Source: Pseudomonas aeruginosa (lineage in GTDB: Bacteria > Pseudomonadota > Gammaproteobacteria > Pseudomonadales > Pseudomonadaceae). From it: a stretch of DNA of 32,000 nucleotides. The position numbers were made by a program, and so were the translations under genes. Positions within the stretch are counted from its first letter, which is position 1. The number at the start of each line of letters is the position of its first letter. The stretch is from NCBI RefSeq assembly GCF_001457615.1, contig NZ_LN831024.1:4350001-4382000 (forward strand), in the 5' to 3' direction. Positions 9,327 through 20,517 of this stretch are shown here, one piece after another. Below the pieces are notes generated by a model. That model was given only the letters and a program-made list of their open reading frames with translations, was not told the origin of the DNA and made no database searches.

Positions 9327-10112
9327 TCAAAGATTCTGGGTGACGAAGGACAACATCTGGTCGGCGGTGGAGATGACCTTGGAGTTCATCTCGTAGGCGC
9401 GCTGGGTGGTGATCATGTTCACCAGTTCCTCGACCACGTTGACGTTGGAGTTTTCCAGGGTGTTCTGGGCAACCGTGCCGAGGCCGTTGAGACCCGGCGT
9501 ACCGACCTGGGGCGCGCCGCTGGAGCCGGTTTCCAGGAACAGGTTGTTGCCAATGGCCTGCAGGCCGGCCGGGTTGATGAAGTCGGCGGTCTGGATGTTG
9601 CCGATCACCTGCGGCTGGGCGTTGCCGGTGGTGGTCACCGAGACGGTGCCGTCCTGGCCGACGGTGAAGGTCTGGGTCTCGTTGGGCACCACGATCGCTG
9701 GCTCCAGGGCGAAGCCGTTGGAGGTGACGATCTGCCCGTCGGAGTTCAGGTGGAAGCTGCCGTCGCGGGTGTAGGACACGGTGCCGTCCGGCAGCAGGAC
9801 CTGGAAGAAGCCGCGCCCGTTGACCGCCATGTCCAGCGGCTGCTCGGTGGTCTGCAGGCTGCCCGGGGTGAAGATCTTCTGGGTGCCGACGACGCGCACA
9901 CCGGTACCCAGTTGCAGGCCCGAAGGCAGCTCGCTGTCCTGGGTCGACTGGCCGCCCGGCTGGCGCCGGATCTGGTACAGCAGGTCCTGGAACTCCGCGC
10001 GGTCGCGCTTGAAGCCGGTGGTGGATACGTTGGCCAGGTTGTTGGAAATGGTGGTCAGGTTCATGTCCTGGGCGGACAGACCGGTCTTGCTGACCCACAG
10101 TGCCGATAACAT
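9327..10112 (-). CDS. flgG: Flagellar distal rod protein FlgG
   Basis: 261 aa; MLSALWVSKTGLSAQDMNLTTISNNLANVSTTGFKRDRAEFQDLLYQ; C-terminal VEELVNMITTQRAYEMNSKVI. Confidence 0.97.
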   Translation of the reverse strand: MLSALWVSKTGLSAQDMNLTTISNNLANVSTTGFKRDRAEFQDLLYQIRRQPGGQSTQDSELPSGLQLGTGVRVVGTQKIFTPGSLQTTEQPLDMAVNGRGFFQVLLPDGTVSYTRDGSFHLNSDGQIVTSNGFALEPAIVVPNETQTFTVGQDGTVSVTTTGNAQPQVIGNIQTADFINPAGLQAIGNNLFLETGSSGAPQVGTPGLNGLGTVAQNTLENSNVNVVEELVNMITTQRAYEMNSKVISTADQMLSFVTQNL

Positions 10113-10158
10113 CGTCGTGCTCCTCGGGTGCCGGTTTTATGGCACCACGCTCAAGTGA

Positions 10159-10908
10159 TTAGCTGATTTGCAAAACCCGCGCCATGGCCGCCGAATCGTC
10201 CTCGGCGGTGCGCATCATCTTCACGTGCAGCTCGAATTGACGGGACAGCGAGAGGATCGCGGTCATCTCTTCCACCGCGTTCACGTTGCTGCTTTCCAGG
10301 AAACCGGAGACCACCTTCACGTTGGCGTCGGCCAGCGGCGCCTGCTCGCCCGGCTGCGGCTTGTAGTGCAGCAGGCCGTCGGTACCCTTCTCCATCTGCT
10401 TCAGGTTCGGGTTGACCAGCTTGATCCGGTCCACCACGGCGACCACGTTGGGGTTCTCGCCAAGGGCGCGGATGCTGATGGTGCCGTCCTGGCCGATCTC
10501 CACCTTTTCCTCCGGCGGCACGGCGATCGGCCCACCGTTGCCGAGCACCGGCAAGCCATCGCCGGTGCGCAGCATGCCGAGGGCGTCGATATGCATGCCG
10601 GCGGTACGCACGTAGGCCTCGCTGCCATCCGGCGCCTGGACCGCGACGAAGCCGTCGCCGTCGATGGCGATGTCCAGCTCGTTGCCGGTTTCCTGGAGGC
10701 TGCCATGGCTGAAATCGGTACCGGGCCGCTCGCTCATGGCGAATACCCGCGCCGGGAAGCTGTCGCCGAACACCTGCATCGAACGCGCCTGCTCGAAGTC
10801 GCGACGAAAGCCGCTGGTCGAGATGTTCGCCAGGTTGTTGGCATGAGCACGCATCGCCAGGGTGTTCTGGCTAGCCCCGCTCATGGAGACGTACAGCATC
10901 TTGTCCAT
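10159..10908 (-). CDS. flgF: Flagellar proximal rod protein FlgF
   Basis: Preferred start is ATG at 10908 (MDKMLYVSMSGASQNTLAMRAHANNLANISTSGFRRD, 249 aa) rather than the track start at 10932. Confidence 0.95.
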   Translation of the reverse strand: MDKMLYVSMSGASQNTLAMRAHANNLANISTSGFRRDFEQARSMQVFGDSFPARVFAMSERPGTDFSHGSLQETGNELDIAIDGDGFVAVQAPDGSEAYVRTAGMHIDALGMLRTGDGLPVLGNGGPIAVPPEEKVEIGQDGTISIRALGENPNVVAVVDRIKLVNPNLKQMEKGTDGLLHYKPQPGEQAPLADANVKVVSGFLESSNVNAVEEMTAILSLSRQFELHVKMMRTAEDDSAAMARVLQIS

Positions 10909-10959
10909 CGAATCCTCCAGGCACCGGCACAATCCGCCGGGCTTTCTTGCAGGTTATCC

Positions 10960-10975
10960 AGCAAGCGCCGTGCCA
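10960..10975 (-). promoter_or_regulatory. Sigma-54 (RpoN) promoter element upstream of flgF
   Basis: Reverse strand TGGCACG-GCGC-TTGCT matches TGGCACG-N4-TTGCW exactly, 52 nt upstream of the flgF start. Confidence 0.9.
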
Positions 10976-11027
10976 GAATTCGAAAAAACAATTAATACAT
11001 TGATTTAAAAGGATTTTATAAAACAGA

Positions 11028-11047
11028 AAGCCTCCTTTCGGAGGCTT
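11028..11047 (-). terminator. Terminator-like hairpin downstream of flgE
   Basis: aagcctcc-tttc-ggaggctt, 8-bp perfect stem, between flgE and the flgF promoter. The T-tract in the leftward direction is weak. Confidence 0.65.
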
Positions 11048-11090
11048 CGGGGGCACCCCCTGGCCAGGGGTTGCCGCTGGCGGCAAGGGC

Positions 11091-11119
11091 CTTGCCGGTG
11101 CCCGGACGGCACCGGCAAG
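11091..11119. repeat. 12-bp perfect inverted repeat just after the flgE stop
   Basis: cttgccggtgcc-cggac-ggcaccggcaag. Confidence 0.85.
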
Positions 11120-11125
11120 CCGTCA

Positions 11126-12541
<1,416 letters not shown>

Positions 12542-13255
12542 TTACTGGCCGATGATCTGTACTTTGGACAGCGCGATGCTGCCCAGGCCTGCGAGGTTGA
12601 GCATCAGCTCGCCGCCGTTCTGCCCCAGGGTGACGCTGTCGACGTTGGCCGGCAGGTAGGTCTGGAGCCCGTAGGTCTTGCCGTCGATCGAGGTCTGCGC
12701 CTCGAACTTGTAGGTGCCCGGCGGCATGATGTTGCCGCTGCTGTCCTTGCCGTCCCACATGAAGCTGACGCTGCCGGCAGCCTGCTGGCCGAGGTTGATG
12801 CGATTGACCACGGTGCCCTTGTCGTCGTAGACGTTGACCCATACGTTGCTGCTGGAGACCGGCAGGTTGAGGGAAGCCTTGAAGGTGTCCTTGGTGTCCA
12901 CCACCGACTTGTCGGTCGCCACGATGACCTTCCGCCCCACCAGCGACGAGGCTTGCAGGGCCTGCGACGACTGGTAGTTGGAGAGAATGCTCTCCATGCT
13001 CTTGTTCAGCGACTGCACGCCTTCCACGGTGCTGAACTGGGCCAGTTGGGCGATGAACTCGCCGTTCTGCTGCGGCGACATCGGGTCCTGGTTCTTCAAC
13101 TGGGCCACCAGCAGCTTGAGGAATTCGTCCTTGCCAAGGTTGCTGCTGCCCTTGACGCTCTGCCCGGTCTCGGTGGCGCCGCTGCCGGCGGCGCGCTTGC
13201 TGCCGTTGACGTTGCCGGTGTTGCTGCTGGTGCCGCTGACGTTATCGATGCTCAT
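12542..13255 (-). CDS. flgD: Flagellar hook-capping/assembly protein FlgD
   Basis: 237 aa; LGKDEFLKLLVAQLKNQDPMSPQQNGEFIAQLAQFSTVEGVQSLNKSM. Confidence 0.97.
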   Translation of the reverse strand: MSIDNVSGTSSNTGNVNGSKRAAGSGATETGQSVKGSSNLGKDEFLKLLVAQLKNQDPMSPQQNGEFIAQLAQFSTVEGVQSLNKSMESILSNYQSSQALQASSLVGRKVIVATDKSVVDTKDTFKASLNLPVSSSNVWVNVYDDKGTVVNRINLGQQAAGSVSFMWDGKDSSGNIMPPGTYKFEAQTSIDGKTYGLQTYLPANVDSVTLGQNGGELMLNLAGLGSIALSKVQIIGQ

Positions 13256-13267
13256 GCTCTACTCCGC

Positions 13268-13708
13268 TCACTGACCCAGGGTCAGGACCTTCTGCATCAT
13301 CTGTTTGGCGGTATTCATCATTTCCGCGTTGGTCTGGAAGGCACGGCTGGCGGAAATCATGTCGGCCATTTCCTCGACCACGTTCACATTGGGGTAATAC
13401 ACGTAGCCGTTGGCATCCGCGGCCGGATGGTTCGGCTCGTAGCGCGGCATCAGCGAACTCTGGTCCTCGACGATGCCCAGCACCTGCACGCCGGCGCCGG
13501 AGCTGTCCTGGTCGGCGAACAGCGAGCCGCTGTCGCCCTGGGCCTGCTGGAACATGGTGGAGAACACCGGATGGCGGGCGCGGTAGGTCTTGTCGACGCT
13601 GGAGGAAACCGTCTCGGCGTTGGCGATGTTGCTGGCCACGGTGTTCAGGCGGGTGCTCTGGGCGCTCATGCCGCTACCGGCAATGTTGAAGACACTGGCG
13701 AGGGACAT
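13268..13708 (-). CDS. flgC: Flagellar rod protein FlgC
   Basis: 146 aa; MSLASVFNIAGSGMSAQSTRLNTVASNIANAETV; C-terminal NVVEEMADMISASRAFQTNAEMMNTAKQM. Confidence 0.97.
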   Translation of the reverse strand: MSLASVFNIAGSGMSAQSTRLNTVASNIANAETVSSSVDKTYRARHPVFSTMFQQAQGDSGSLFADQDSSGAGVQVLGIVEDQSSLMPRYEPNHPAADANGYVYYPNVNVVEEMADMISASRAFQTNAEMMNTAKQMMQKVLTLGQ

Positions 13709-13713
13709 GGCGG

Positions 13714-14121
13714 TTACTCTCCACGCAGGGCGCTGACCAGCCCTTTGAATTTGCTGTTGAGGAAGGTGAAGGACGCCTGGAAGTGCATGGCGTTCTCGGC
13801 GTAGTTGGCCTGCTCGATCTGGGCGTCGACAGTGTTCTGGTCGATCGACGGCTGGACCGGGATGCGGTACTGCAGGCTGCCCTCGCCCATGCCGAAACCT
13901 TCGGCGGCGATATGCCGCTCGTTGGTGGTGCGGGTGGCGAAGGTACCCTTGGCGGCCTTGTCCTTCTGCTCGGCGAGAACCGCGGCGAAGTCCAGGTCGC
14001 GAGCCTTGTAGTTCGGGGTATCGGCGTTGGCCAGGTTGTTGGCCAGCACTTCGGCGCGCTGGGCGCGGAAGCTGAGGGCCTGCTGGTGGATACCGAGTGC
14101 TCTGTCGAAACTGATGCTCAT
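13714..14121 (-). CDS. flgB: Flagellar rod protein FlgB
   Basis: Start trimmed from 14163 to ATG at 14121 (MSISFDRALGIHQQALSFRAQRAEVLANNLANADTPNYKARDLDF, 135 aa). The extended start would overlap the RpoN promoter region. Confidence 0.95.
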   Translation of the reverse strand: MSISFDRALGIHQQALSFRAQRAEVLANNLANADTPNYKARDLDFAAVLAEQKDKAAKGTFATRTTNERHIAAEGFGMGEGSLQYRIPVQPSIDQNTVDAQIEQANYAENAMHFQASFTFLNSKFKGLVSALRGE

Positions 14122-14166
14122 GGCTGCGAACCTGTTTGCCGGTGTGGCTTTCGTCGCCAACACTTC

Positions 14167-14182
14167 AGCAAGGCCCGTGCCA
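14167..14182 (-). promoter_or_regulatory. Sigma-54 (RpoN) promoter element upstream of flgB
   Basis: Reverse strand TGGCACG-GGCC-TTGCT matches TGGCACG-N4-TTGCW exactly, 46 nt upstream of the flgB start. Confidence 0.9.
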
Positions 14183-14313
14183 AATTATTAAAAACCTTTA
14201 TATTCAATAACTTGAGTTTATTTAAGGGCAACCCGGAAGCGGCAAGCGGCAAGCCGTTTCCGCTTGCCGGCAAGGGTGGCAAACCCCTGGAACGGCTTTT
14301 CCGGCAAACGAAA

Positions 14314-14344
14314 AAAGGCCCGATATCGTCGATATCGGGCCTTT
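14314..14344 (-). terminator. Rho-independent terminator downstream of the 14374..14736 gene
   Basis: aaaggcccgatatc-gtc-gatatcgggccttt, 14-bp perfect stem; the leftward side ends in a T-tract (plus-strand AAAAAA from 14311). Confidence 0.88.
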
Positions 14345-14373
14345 CCCATGCTTCCGGCCGCCGGGGACACGGC

Positions 14374-14736
14374 TCACTCGTGGCGAATGATCCGCTCGAG
14401 ATCCACCGGTTCGCCGGGATGGGCATGCAGCTTGGCGCGAATGTCCTCGAACATCGCATCGTATTCCTTGTGCACCCGGGTGATCGCGCCGAACTTCGGG
14501 TGCAGGCCGTGCTTCTGGGCGACCCGCGTGGCATCGCTGGCGAAGTTGAAGGCGGTATCGCGCGGCAGCTCGAAGGAGTCGCTGAACGGCTTGCCGTCGA
14601 TCTCGCCGTCCATGTCGAAGTGCACATAGGCGCCGGATTCGGCGTTCTGCCGCACCTCGTAGCGGATATGGATATTGATGTCCTGCTGGTCGAGGCCGGG
14701 CAGGCTGACCAGATGGAGGTGGCCTGGTTCGAACAT
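14374..14736 (-). CDS. Conserved hypothetical protein (DUF5064-like)
   Basis: 120 aa intact ORF MFEPGHLHLVSLPGLDQQDINIHIRYEVRQNAESG; family name recalled, not searched. Followed by a terminator. Confidence 0.75.
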   Translation of the reverse strand: MFEPGHLHLVSLPGLDQQDINIHIRYEVRQNAESGAYVHFDMDGEIDGKPFSDSFELPRDTAFNFASDATRVAQKHGLHPKFGAITRVHKEYDAMFEDIRAKLHAHPGEPVDLERIIRHE

Positions 14737-14802
14737 GACGAATCTCCTGGTGGGAATCGGAATCAGTCTAGCCAGGGTCGAGCGAAAGAAAACCGCCCTG
14801 GA

Positions 14803-15120
14803 TCAGTGCAACGTCGCTTTTTCCGCGCGTTCCTGAATGACCACCCAGGGCGCCACCACCACCGCCCAGAGGGTCGGGTCGCGTTCGAGGAAGTCCTTGG
14901 CCGCATCCTCCCCGACCTTGCTCAGGCCGCCGCCGGAAAGCCAGGCGGCGACCTTCTCGCGGTCGTCCCCGGCCAGGGCCTCGGCGACTTCCACCAGGTC
15001 CAGCGCGGCATCGACCTGGAGCAAGGCGCCACGGGCGAAGAACGGTTGCAGCTCGGCCCAGGAAATGACCGCGGTCTCGCCGAGCAGCTTGGCATAGAGG
15101 GTGCTAGTTTGTTCTGTCAT
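14803..15120 (-). CDS. Conserved hypothetical protein (DUF2288-like)
   Basis: 105 aa ORF MTEQTSTLYAKLLGETAVISWAELQPFFARGALLQVDAALDLVEVAEALAGDD. Confidence 0.75.
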   Translation of the reverse strand: MTEQTSTLYAKLLGETAVISWAELQPFFARGALLQVDAALDLVEVAEALAGDDREKVAAWLSGGGLSKVGEDAAKDFLERDPTLWAVVVAPWVVIQERAEKATLH

Positions 15121-15308
15121 GGGATCTACCTGGATTGCATGGGCGCCATGATAACGCCCGCCAGTAGCCCACGACAGCCGAAGGGAAACCGGGCCCAGGG
15201 AGGTGAGGCAGGTCCGCGCCGTTTTTCTATACGTTTATGTCAACCAGGCGACACGACTCACGGGAGCTCGCCGTGCCGTGCTTTTCAAGCGACGAAGCGC
15301 CGCTCTAC

Positions 15309-15324
15309 ACTGTACCGGTACAGT
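15309..15324. promoter_or_regulatory. 16-bp perfect palindrome upstream of braC, candidate operator
   Basis: ACTGTACCGGTACAGT, about 95 nt upstream of the braC ATG. Confidence 0.45.
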
Positions 15325-15418
15325 TCCCGGGGTCCGTCCATGACGATCACCCGGTCTCCTCCGGCCCCCGCGGCCGCGAGACTACAACAATGACAACACA
15401 CAAGAAGAGTGGAGCACT

Positions 15419-16540
15419 ATGAAGAAGGGTACTCAGCGTCTATCCCGCCTGTTCGCCGCGATGGCCATTGCCGGGTTCGCCAGCTACTCCATGGCCGCCG
15501 ACACCATCAAGATCGCCCTGGCTGGCCCGGTCACCGGTCCGGTAGCCCAGTACGGCGACATGCAGCGCGCCGGTGCGCTGATGGCAATCGAACAGATCAA
15601 CAAGGCAGGCGGCGTGAACGGCGCGCAACTCGAAGGCGTGATCTACGACGACGCCTGCGATCCCAAGCAGGCCGTGGCGGTCGCCAACAAGGTGGTCAAC
15701 GACGGCGTCAAGTTCGTGGTCGGCCATGTCTGCTCCAGCTCCACCCAACCCGCCACCGACATCTACGAAGACGAAGGCGTGCTGATGATCACCCCGTCGG
15801 CCACCGCCCCGGAAATCACCTCGCGCGGCTACAAGCTGATCTTCCGCACGATCGGCCTGGACAACATGCAGGGCCCGGTGGCCGGCAAGTTCATCGCCGA
15901 ACGCTACAAGGACAAGACCATCGCGGTACTGCACGACAAGCAGCAGTACGGCGAAGGCATCGCCACCGAGGTGAAGAAGACCGTGGAAGACGCCGGCATC
16001 AAGGTTGCCGTCTTCGAAGGCCTGAACGCCGGCGACAAGGACTTCAACGCGCTGATCAGCAAGCTGAAGAAAGCCGGCGTGCAGTTCGTCTACTTCGGCG
16101 GCTACCACCCGGAAATGGGCCTGCTGCTGCGCCAGGCCAAGCAGGCCGGGCTGGACGCGCGCTTCATGGGCCCGGAAGGGGTCGGCAACAGCGAAATCAC
16201 CGCGATCGCCGGCGACGCTTCGGAAGGCATGCTGGCGACCCTGCCGCGCGCCTTCGAGCAGGATCCGAAGAACAAGGCCCTGATCGACGCCTTCAAGGCG
16301 AAGAACCAGGATCCGAGCGGCATCTTCGTCCTGCCCGCCTACTCCGCGGTCACAGTGATCGCCAAGGGCATCGAGAAAGCCGGCGAGGCCGATCCGGAGA
16401 AGGTCGCCGAGGCCCTGCGCGCCAACACCTTCGAGACTCCCACCGGGAACCTCGGGTTCGACGAGAAGGGCGACCTGAAGAACTTCGACTTCACCGTCTA
16501 CGAGTGGCACAAGGACGCCACCCGGACCGAGGTCAAGTAA
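15419..16540 (+). CDS. braC: Branched-chain amino acid ABC transporter, periplasmic binding protein BraC
   Basis: 373 aa; signal peptide MKKGTQRLSRLFAAMAIAGFASYSMA; DTIKIALAGPVTGPVAQYGDMQRAGALMAIEQINKAGGVNG. Confidence 0.97.
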   Translation: MKKGTQRLSRLFAAMAIAGFASYSMAADTIKIALAGPVTGPVAQYGDMQRAGALMAIEQINKAGGVNGAQLEGVIYDDACDPKQAVAVANKVVNDGVKFVVGHVCSSSTQPATDIYEDEGVLMITPSATAPEITSRGYKLIFRTIGLDNMQGPVAGKFIAERYKDKTIAVLHDKQQYGEGIATEVKKTVEDAGIKVAVFEGLNAGDKDFNALISKLKKAGVQFVYFGGYHPEMGLLLRQAKQAGLDARFMGPEGVGNSEITAIAGDASEGMLATLPRAFEQDPKNKALIDAFKAKNQDPSGIFVLPAYSAVTVIAKGIEKAGEADPEKVAEALRANTFETPTGNLGFDEKGDLKNFDFTVYEWHKDATRTEVK

Positions 16541-16557
16541 GCATCGTTGCAGTACGG

Positions 16558-16581
16558 AGCCCACGTCACCCACCGTGGGCT
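16558..16581 (+). terminator. Hairpin between braC and braD, possible attenuator or partial terminator
   Basis: agcccacg-tcacccac-cgtgggct followed by TTGTTTTAG, 17 nt after the braC stop. Confidence 0.7.
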
Positions 16582-16800
16582 TTGTTTTAGTACCCGCATG
16601 ATTCCGCGAGCGGCGGCCCGGCAAGGGCAGGCGAAGACCGGCAGCGTTCACTCCTGGTGGACGGGAGCGCGGCTTTCCCCTGCCTCCCGCCGGCCCGCCG
16701 CGCGCCGGATCGTGACGGGTCTCAGCAGCGTTCCGGCCCCACACCCGCGAGCCGAACGTCTACCTGCCGTACAACGGCGGGCGTTTAGCGAGAGAGTCCC

Positions 16801-17720
<920 letters not shown>

Positions 17721-17724
<4 letters not shown>

Positions 17725-18974
17725 GCCAGTCCCTCAAGCGAGCGCTGTTCAGCGCCCTCCTCGTGATCCTGGTGTCCTATCCGATCCTAGGCCTGAAGCT
17801 GCGCACCGTCGGCATCAAGCTCGAGGTCCTCGGCGCCGATGCGCAGACCCTCTGGACCATCGCCGCGGCCGCCCTGGCCATGTTCGTCTGGCAGCTGTTC
17901 CGCGACCGCATCCCGCTCAAGCTGGGTCGCGGCGTCGGCTACAAGGTCAACGGCAGCGGCCTGAAGAACTTCCTCAGCCTGCCATCGACCCAGCGCTGGG
18001 CGGTCCTCGCCCTGGTCGTGGTGGCTTTCGTCTGGCCGTTCTTCGCCTCGCGCGGGGCGGTGGACATCGCCACCCTGATCCTGATCTACGTGATGCTCGG
18101 CATCGGCCTGAACATCGTGGTCGGCCTGGCCGGCCTGCTCGATCTCGGCTACGTCGGCTTCTACGCGGTAGGTGCCTACACCTACGCGCTGCTCGCCGAG
18201 TACGCCGGGTTCGGCTTCTGGACCGCCCTGCCGATCGCCGGGATGATGGCCGCGCTGTTCGGCTTCCTCCTCGGCTTCCCGGTGCTGCGCCTGCGCGGCG
18301 ACTACCTGGCGATCGTGACCCTCGGCTTCGGCGAGATCATCCGCATCCTGCTGCGCAACATGACCGAGATCACCGGCGGCCCCAACGGCATCGGCTCGAT
18401 CCCCAAGCCGACCCTGTTCGGCCTGACCTTCGAACGCCGCGCGCCGGAAGGCATGCAGACCTTCCACGAGTTCTTCGGCATCGCCTACAACACCAACTAC
18501 AAGGTCATCCTGCTCTACGTGGTGGCCCTGCTGCTGGTGCTGCTGGCCCTGTTCGTGATCAACCGGCTGATGCGCATGCCGATCGGTCGCGCCTGGGAAG
18601 CGCTGCGCGAGGACGAAGTGGCCTGCCGCGCTCTCGGTCTCAACCCGACCATCGTCAAGCTCTCCGCCTTCACCATCGGCGCCAGCTTCGCCGGTTTCGC
18701 CGGCAGCTTCTTCGCCGCCCGCCAGGGCCTGGTGACGCCTGAGTCCTTCACCTTCATCGAGTCGGCGATGATCCTTGCGATCGTCGTGCTCGGCGGCATG
18801 GGTTCGCAGCTCGGCGTGATACTCGCCGCGGTGGTGATGGTGCTGCTCCAGGAAATGCGCGGGTTCAACGAATACCGCATGCTGATCTTCGGCCTGACCA
18901 TGATCGTGATGATGATCTGGCGTCCCCAGGGACTGCTGCCGATGCAACGCCCGCACCTGGAGCTGAAGCCATGA
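17721..18974 (+). CDS. braE: Branched-chain amino acid ABC transporter permease BraE (LivM family)
   Basis: 417 aa; [39 protein letters not shown]; 4-nt overlaps with braD and braF. Confidence 0.96.
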
Positions 18975-19738
18975 GCCGACCGATTCTCGAAGTGAGCGGC
19001 CTGACCATGCGCTTCGGCGGCCTGCTGGCCGTCAACGGCGTCAACCTGAAGGTCGAGGAAAAGCAGGTGGTCTCGATGATCGGCCCGAACGGCGCCGGCA
19101 AGACCACCGTGTTCAACTGCCTGACCGGCTTCTACCAGCCCACCGGCGGCCTGATCCGCTTCGACGGCGAGGAGATCCAGGGCCTGCCCGGTCACAAGAT
19201 CGCTCGCAAGGGCGTGGTGCGGACCTTCCAGAACGTCCGCCTGTTCAAGGAAATGACCGCGGTGGAGAACCTGCTGGTCGCCCAGCACCGCCACCTCAAC
19301 ACCAACTTCCTCGCCGGCCTGTTCAAGACCCCGGCGTTCCGCCGCAGCGAGCGCGAGGCCATGGAGTACGCCGCGCACTGGCTGGAGGAAGTCAACCTTA
19401 CCGAGTTCGCCAACCGCAGCGCCGGTACCCTCGCCTACGGCCAGCAGCGACGCCTGGAGATCGCCCGCTGCATGATGACCCGCCCGCGGATCCTCATGCT
19501 CGACGAGCCGGCCGCCGGCCTCAACCCGAAGGAGACCGACGACCTCAAGGCGCTGATCGCCAAGCTGCGCAGCGAGCACAACGTGACGGTATTGCTGATC
19601 GAGCACGACATGAAGCTGGTGATGAGCATTTCCGACCATATCGTGGTGATCAACCAGGGCGCCCCCCTGGCCGACGGGACGCCGGAGCAGATCCGCGACA
19701 ACCCGGACGTGATCAAGGCTTATCTGGGGGAAGCGTGA
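18971..19738 (+). CDS. braF: Branched-chain amino acid ABC transporter ATP-binding protein BraF (LivG family)
   Basis: 255 aa; Walker [10 protein letters not shown]; signature [11 protein letters not shown]; [11 protein letters not shown]. Confidence 0.97.
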
Positions 19739-19740
19739 GC

Positions 19741-20442
19741 ATGCTGAGTTTCGACAAGGTTTCCACCTACTACGGCAAGATCCAGGCGCTGCACGACGTC
19801 AGCGTGGAAGTGAAGAAGGGCGAGATCGTCACCCTGATCGGCGCCAACGGCGCCGGCAAGTCGACCCTGCTGATGACGCTCTGCGGTTCGCCGCAGGCGG
19901 CCAGCGGCAGCATCCGCTACGAAGGCGAGGAACTGGTCGGCCTACCCTCCTCCACCATCATGCGCAAGAGCATCGCGGTGGTCCCGGAAGGCCGCCGGGT
20001 ATTCTCCCGCCTGACGGTGGAAGAAAACCTGGCGATGGGCGGCTTCTTCACCGACAAGGACGATTATCAGGTGCAGATGGACAAGGTGCTGGAGCTCTTC
20101 CCGCGCCTGAAGGAGCGCTACGAACAGCGCGCCGGGACCATGTCCGGCGGCGAACAGCAGATGCTCGCCATCGGCCGCGCGCTGATGAGCAAGCCGAAGC
20201 TGTTGCTGCTGGACGAACCTTCGCTCGGCCTCGCGCCGATCATCATCCAGCAGATCTTCGAGATCATCGAGCAACTGCGTCGCGAAGGCGTCACCGTGTT
20301 CCTCGTCGAGCAGAACGCCAACCAGGCGTTGAAGCTCGCCGATCGCGCCTACGTGCTGGAGAACGGCCGGATCGTCATGCACGACACCGGCGCCGCCCTG
20401 CTGACCAACCCGAAGGTGCGCGACGCCTACCTCGGCGGCTGA
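19741..20442 (+). CDS. braG: Branched-chain amino acid ABC transporter ATP-binding protein BraG (LivF family)
   Basis: 233 aa from MLSFDKVSTYYGKIQALHD; Walker A GANGAGKST; signature MSGGEQQMLAIGRALM. Confidence 0.97.
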   Translation: MLSFDKVSTYYGKIQALHDVSVEVKKGEIVTLIGANGAGKSTLLMTLCGSPQAASGSIRYEGEELVGLPSSTIMRKSIAVVPEGRRVFSRLTVEENLAMGGFFTDKDDYQVQMDKVLELFPRLKERYEQRAGTMSGGEQQMLAIGRALMSKPKLLLLDEPSLGLAPIIIQQIFEIIEQLRREGVTVFLVEQNANQALKLADRAYVLENGRIVMHDTGAALLTNPKVRDAYLGG

Positions 20443-20472
20443 GCACCGTCCCGCCGGAGACTTCAGCGCATA

Positions 20473-20500
20473 AAAAAACGGCCCTCGCGGGCCGTTTTTT
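20473..20500. terminator. Bidirectional terminator between convergent braG and the TPR-like gene
   Basis: aaaaaacggccc-tcgc-gggccgtttttt, 12-bp perfect stem with A/T tracts on both sides. Confidence 0.95.
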
Positions 20501-20517
20501 ATGCCGAGACGTACCGG

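Noticed and set aside
14122-14163. N-terminal extension of flgB (MLATKATPANRFAA)
   Set aside because: It would place translation start between the sigma-54 -12 element and the expected TSS region; the conserved FlgB N-terminus begins at 14121.
14247-14269. cggcaagc/gcttgccg inverted repeat upstream of the flgB promoter
   Set aside because: Short stem in a low-complexity GGCAAG-rich stretch; no clear link to a regulator site and no T-tract, so not called as a feature.
15409-16590. 393 aa plus-strand ORF overlapping braC in a different frame
   Set aside because: Arg-rich shadow frame of braC; the braC frame has a signal peptide and a binding-protein sequence.
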